The notes beneath the pieces were generated by a model. The model saw only the letters and a program-made list of their open reading frames with translations, was not told the origin of the DNA and searched no databases. DNA of 64,000 nt from Macrostomum hystrix (lineage: Eukaryota > Animalia > Platyhelminthes), in contig CATNEN010000024.1 in NCBI GenBank assembly GCA_950097015.1, forward strand, positions 5,084,001-5,148,000. The letters run 5' to 3'. Made by a program: the position numbers and the translations under genes. Shown one piece after another: positions 61,598 to 64,000 of the stretch; position 1 is the first letter of the stretch; every line of letters begins with the position of its first letter.

Positions 61598-63799
61598 TCA
61601 GTCAGGTTGGGGAGCTGGCGGCAGAGCCGACATGCGGAAGGCGAACACGCCGATTCTAAGGCCGACATCGCCGACATTAGACGGCGCTGCTCGAAGAATT
61701 TCTTCTACGTCGCAGCTAATTGATCGCGAAGGGAAAGAGACGCGCAGACAATTCTCGCCAACTTTGGGACTATTCAACGCCGTCAGGAAGGGCGCGCCGC
61801 AGGCTGTCAGGGGTCGTTGAACTACGCCGTTGAGCTGAACGGAATCGGCATGACAGGGCCCATCGGATAGCCAGCAGTACATCGAGATGGGATCTGGGCA
61901 CGGCTGCCGGCGCAGCAACGCCGAGCAGGGTCGCTGCCGGCAGTGCAATAGGGCGACAGCGTGGCCTGTCCTGGCCGCTTCGTCTTCGGGGAGGCGGAAC
62001 CGGACCTGGCAGACCAGGCCTGGCTGGGGTCGCAGATAGCGCGGCGCAAATAGCAGAGCAGCAGGTTGGAAGCCCAGCCTAGCCAGGTGATCGGCCAGGT
62101 GGTCGTGCATAATACGGCACAGATTGCCAACATAGAGCTGAAGCACTGCGGCGCTCTGCGGACAGGCTCGCCTGGCATAGCGGAGCGGAGTTTGGCCTTC
62201 GCAAGTTTCAACTCCAAAGTCGACGCCGCCAAGGCTGCACAATGCGTCGACTAGCTGCGGTCGGCGCTGTTTAATAGCTCTCTGGAGGGCTGAATTGCCA
62301 GCCGGACATAGCAGGTTGGGATCGGCTCCGGCTTGTAAGAGGCGATGAACCAGAGCTGGAGAGTCACGCTCCACGGCCAGCATTAGCAGGGTAAGGCCGG
62401 TGTCAGACGAGCGACAGTCGATGTCTAAAGTTTCAGGCGACTCTGTTCTAACTGATACCGCAGCTGCTGCATCCAGCAAGAGATCAACTATGCAAGAGTG
62501 ACCGCGAGCTACAGCTAGGCACAAGAGGCGTTGCAAATCGGACATTGTCAGCTGGGGCTCGTGCTGACTAACAGTGCGGCTAACTGCTGGCCAATCGCCG
62601 CGTTCCACAGCCCGACAAAGTAGCGGCCAGGACAGCGGAGGCGGCCGATTTGGCGGCAGTCGAGCCGACTGGCCGGCAACGTGGGCGCGAAGCAGTTCTG
62701 CCTGGTTGGCTACGTAGCGACAGTCGGCATCGTCGGGCGGCAACGCCACGGTGGCAAGAACAGCGGCTGAGGGAGTCGGAGCTGAAGACGCAGCGGAAGC
62801 GGTTGCTGATGCCGCCTTCTCTGACCGATCCTCAGAGGTGTCTGTTGCGACGACGACGGTGGAGGCGGCGGCGACCGAGGAAGAGGTCGGCTCTCGCTTT
62901 GCGGAGCCAAGCAGATCTGCCAGCAGTGGCGACTGATGCCGCGGCTTTGCTGAAGACGATGCCGAAGACGGTGGCACGGGCTCTGGATTGGCAGGATCAA
63001 CGTTTGCAGAGGCGTTGACGGACTCGACACCGTCAGTAAGAGCCGACGATTGGACGGCTTTGGCATCAATAACTGTCGCATTAGCAACCGCTGAGCTACC
63101 AGGCGCAACAGCTGTGGAGACTGCGTTCGACTTGCCTTCAATTTCTAGCGTGCTGGAAGAGCCGACAGAATTAGCGAAACTGCTGCCACCTTCTGAATTA
63201 TTCGAATTGCCATCCTCGCCCGTGGTGTCACCCGCCGAGGCGTCTTCGCTCTCTCGGCCAGCGCCTACACCGCTGCTGCCTCCGTTGAGTCGTCGCCGGC
63301 TCTTTGGCCGATCATCGTCCAGTCCATCAAGCAGCTTGTTAGTTTTAGCTGCCGCGCCAGCTTTTGAACTTGGCGCCTGGCTTTGATCCCATTTTTTAGG
63401 CGCTGGTCTTTTTCTACTGCCGCTACTGTTGCCGCTGCTGCCACTGATGTTACCAGTAGATGCTCGATTGCCACTGCCTCCAAGTTTGTTGGCTCTAGCC
63501 GATCGAAAGGCTTCGATCATGTCAGCAACTACCGCTAAGTTGTGCTCAGGTTCCCAGGTGTCATTTGATGGCGGATAATTTTTCCAGCGCACTTTGAAAT
63601 ACGACATTCCATTCTCAGTTTTTTCAGCTAGTATTTTGCCAACTACGTACAGAGCATCAGCATCTCCATTAGGTGGCGAAGGTGTACTTTTTGAGCTAAT
63701 TCCGGTGCCTCCACCGCCAGCTTTAACCACAGACGCTGCAACGGCCACTGCGGAAGCTGCGGTACCACAACTTGTCCGCCTACTGGCTGCAGTTTCCAT
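61598..63799 (-). CDS. MPHOSPH8: MPP8-like chromodomain + ankyrin repeat + C-terminal beta-sandwich protein, 733 aa, intronless
   Basis: Chromodomain YVVGKILAEKTENGMSYFKVRWKNYPPSNDTWEPEHNL; ~300-aa low-complexity linker; ankyrin repeats (GLTLLMLAVERD..GADPN..SALQRA..TPLRYA); C-terminal GPCHADSVQLNGVVQRP..SPKVGENCLRV..LRIGVFAFRM resembles the recalled MPP8 C-terminal domain. Confidence 0.82.
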   Translation of the reverse strand: METAASRRTSCGTAASAVAVAASVVKAGGGGTGISSKSTPSPPNGDADALYVVGKILAEKTENGMSYFKVRWKNYPPSNDTWEPEHNLAVVADMIEAFRSARANKLGGSGNRASTGNISGSSGNSSGSRKRPAPKKWDQSQAPSSKAGAAAKTNKLLDGLDDDRPKSRRRLNGGSSGVGAGRESEDASAGDTTGEDGNSNNSEGGSSFANSVGSSSTLEIEGKSNAVSTAVAPGSSAVANATVIDAKAVQSSALTDGVESVNASANVDPANPEPVPPSSASSSAKPRHQSPLLADLLGSAKREPTSSSVAAASTVVVATDTSEDRSEKAASATASAASSAPTPSAAVLATVALPPDDADCRYVANQAELLRAHVAGQSARLPPNRPPPLSWPLLCRAVERGDWPAVSRTVSQHEPQLTMSDLQRLLCLAVARGHSCIVDLLLDAAAAVSVRTESPETLDIDCRSSDTGLTLLMLAVERDSPALVHRLLQAGADPNLLCPAGNSALQRAIKQRRPQLVDALCSLGGVDFGVETCEGQTPLRYARRACPQSAAVLQLYVGNLCRIMHDHLADHLARLGFQPAALLFAPRYLRPQPGLVCQVRFRLPEDEAARTGHAVALLHCRQRPCSALLRRQPCPDPISMYCWLSDGPCHADSVQLNGVVQRPLTACGAPFLTALNSPKVGENCLRVSFPSRSISCDVEEILRAAPSNVGDVGLRIGVFAFRMSALPPAPQPD

Positions 63800-64000
63800 G
63801 ATTATTCTAAAACAATTAAAAGCACAGAATTATGCGTGATATTATCCACGGTCCATACACATCTGAACAATCGGCTGTTGTCTAGTTCAGCTGCACCAAC
63901 AGTTTGAGCTGGGCAATGCTGCGAAAACCGATTTAATAATATTTAGTACAATGGCTTTTACTCAGATCTTGGAGTGCAGATGCACAACATCCAATGCTCT

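Noticed and set aside
61598-63799. HP1, Polycomb CBX or cpSRP43 identity for the chromo-ankyrin gene
   Set aside because: No chromoshadow domain or Pc box; the single chromodomain and C-terminal motifs fit MPP8.

Overview
Eukaryotic, intron-rich animal DNA with no prokaryotic features. The minisatellite-filled introns and codon style suggest a free-living flatworm such as Macrostomum (inference). Eight protein-coding genes were reconstructed by hand from GT-AG junctions. On the + strand: a 26-exon, ~2,700-aa ankyrin-WGR-PARP of the PME-5 or 'tankyrase-like' type (896-23549), and a short SAM-SAM-PTB ANKS1/AIDA-1-like gene (30345-36761). On the - strand, six consecutive genes: an intronless MPP8-like chromodomain-ankyrin protein, SNRPD3, FAIM, a CED-6/GULP-like PTB adaptor, PRPSAP and ATP6V1F. 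About 35 distinct minisatellite arrays fill introns and intergenic gaps and account for all the very long low-complexity ORFs in the track. Two tRNA-derived SINE families are present, including a chimeric copy. Most notable: a full-length MPP8 (HUSH subunit) orthologue candidate in an apparent invertebrate; a possible trans-spliced operon; and a near-strict rule of one private array or SINE per long intron, with shared TGAC(A) and GGATA cores across unrelated arrays. All homology calls are from recalled family sequences, not database searches.
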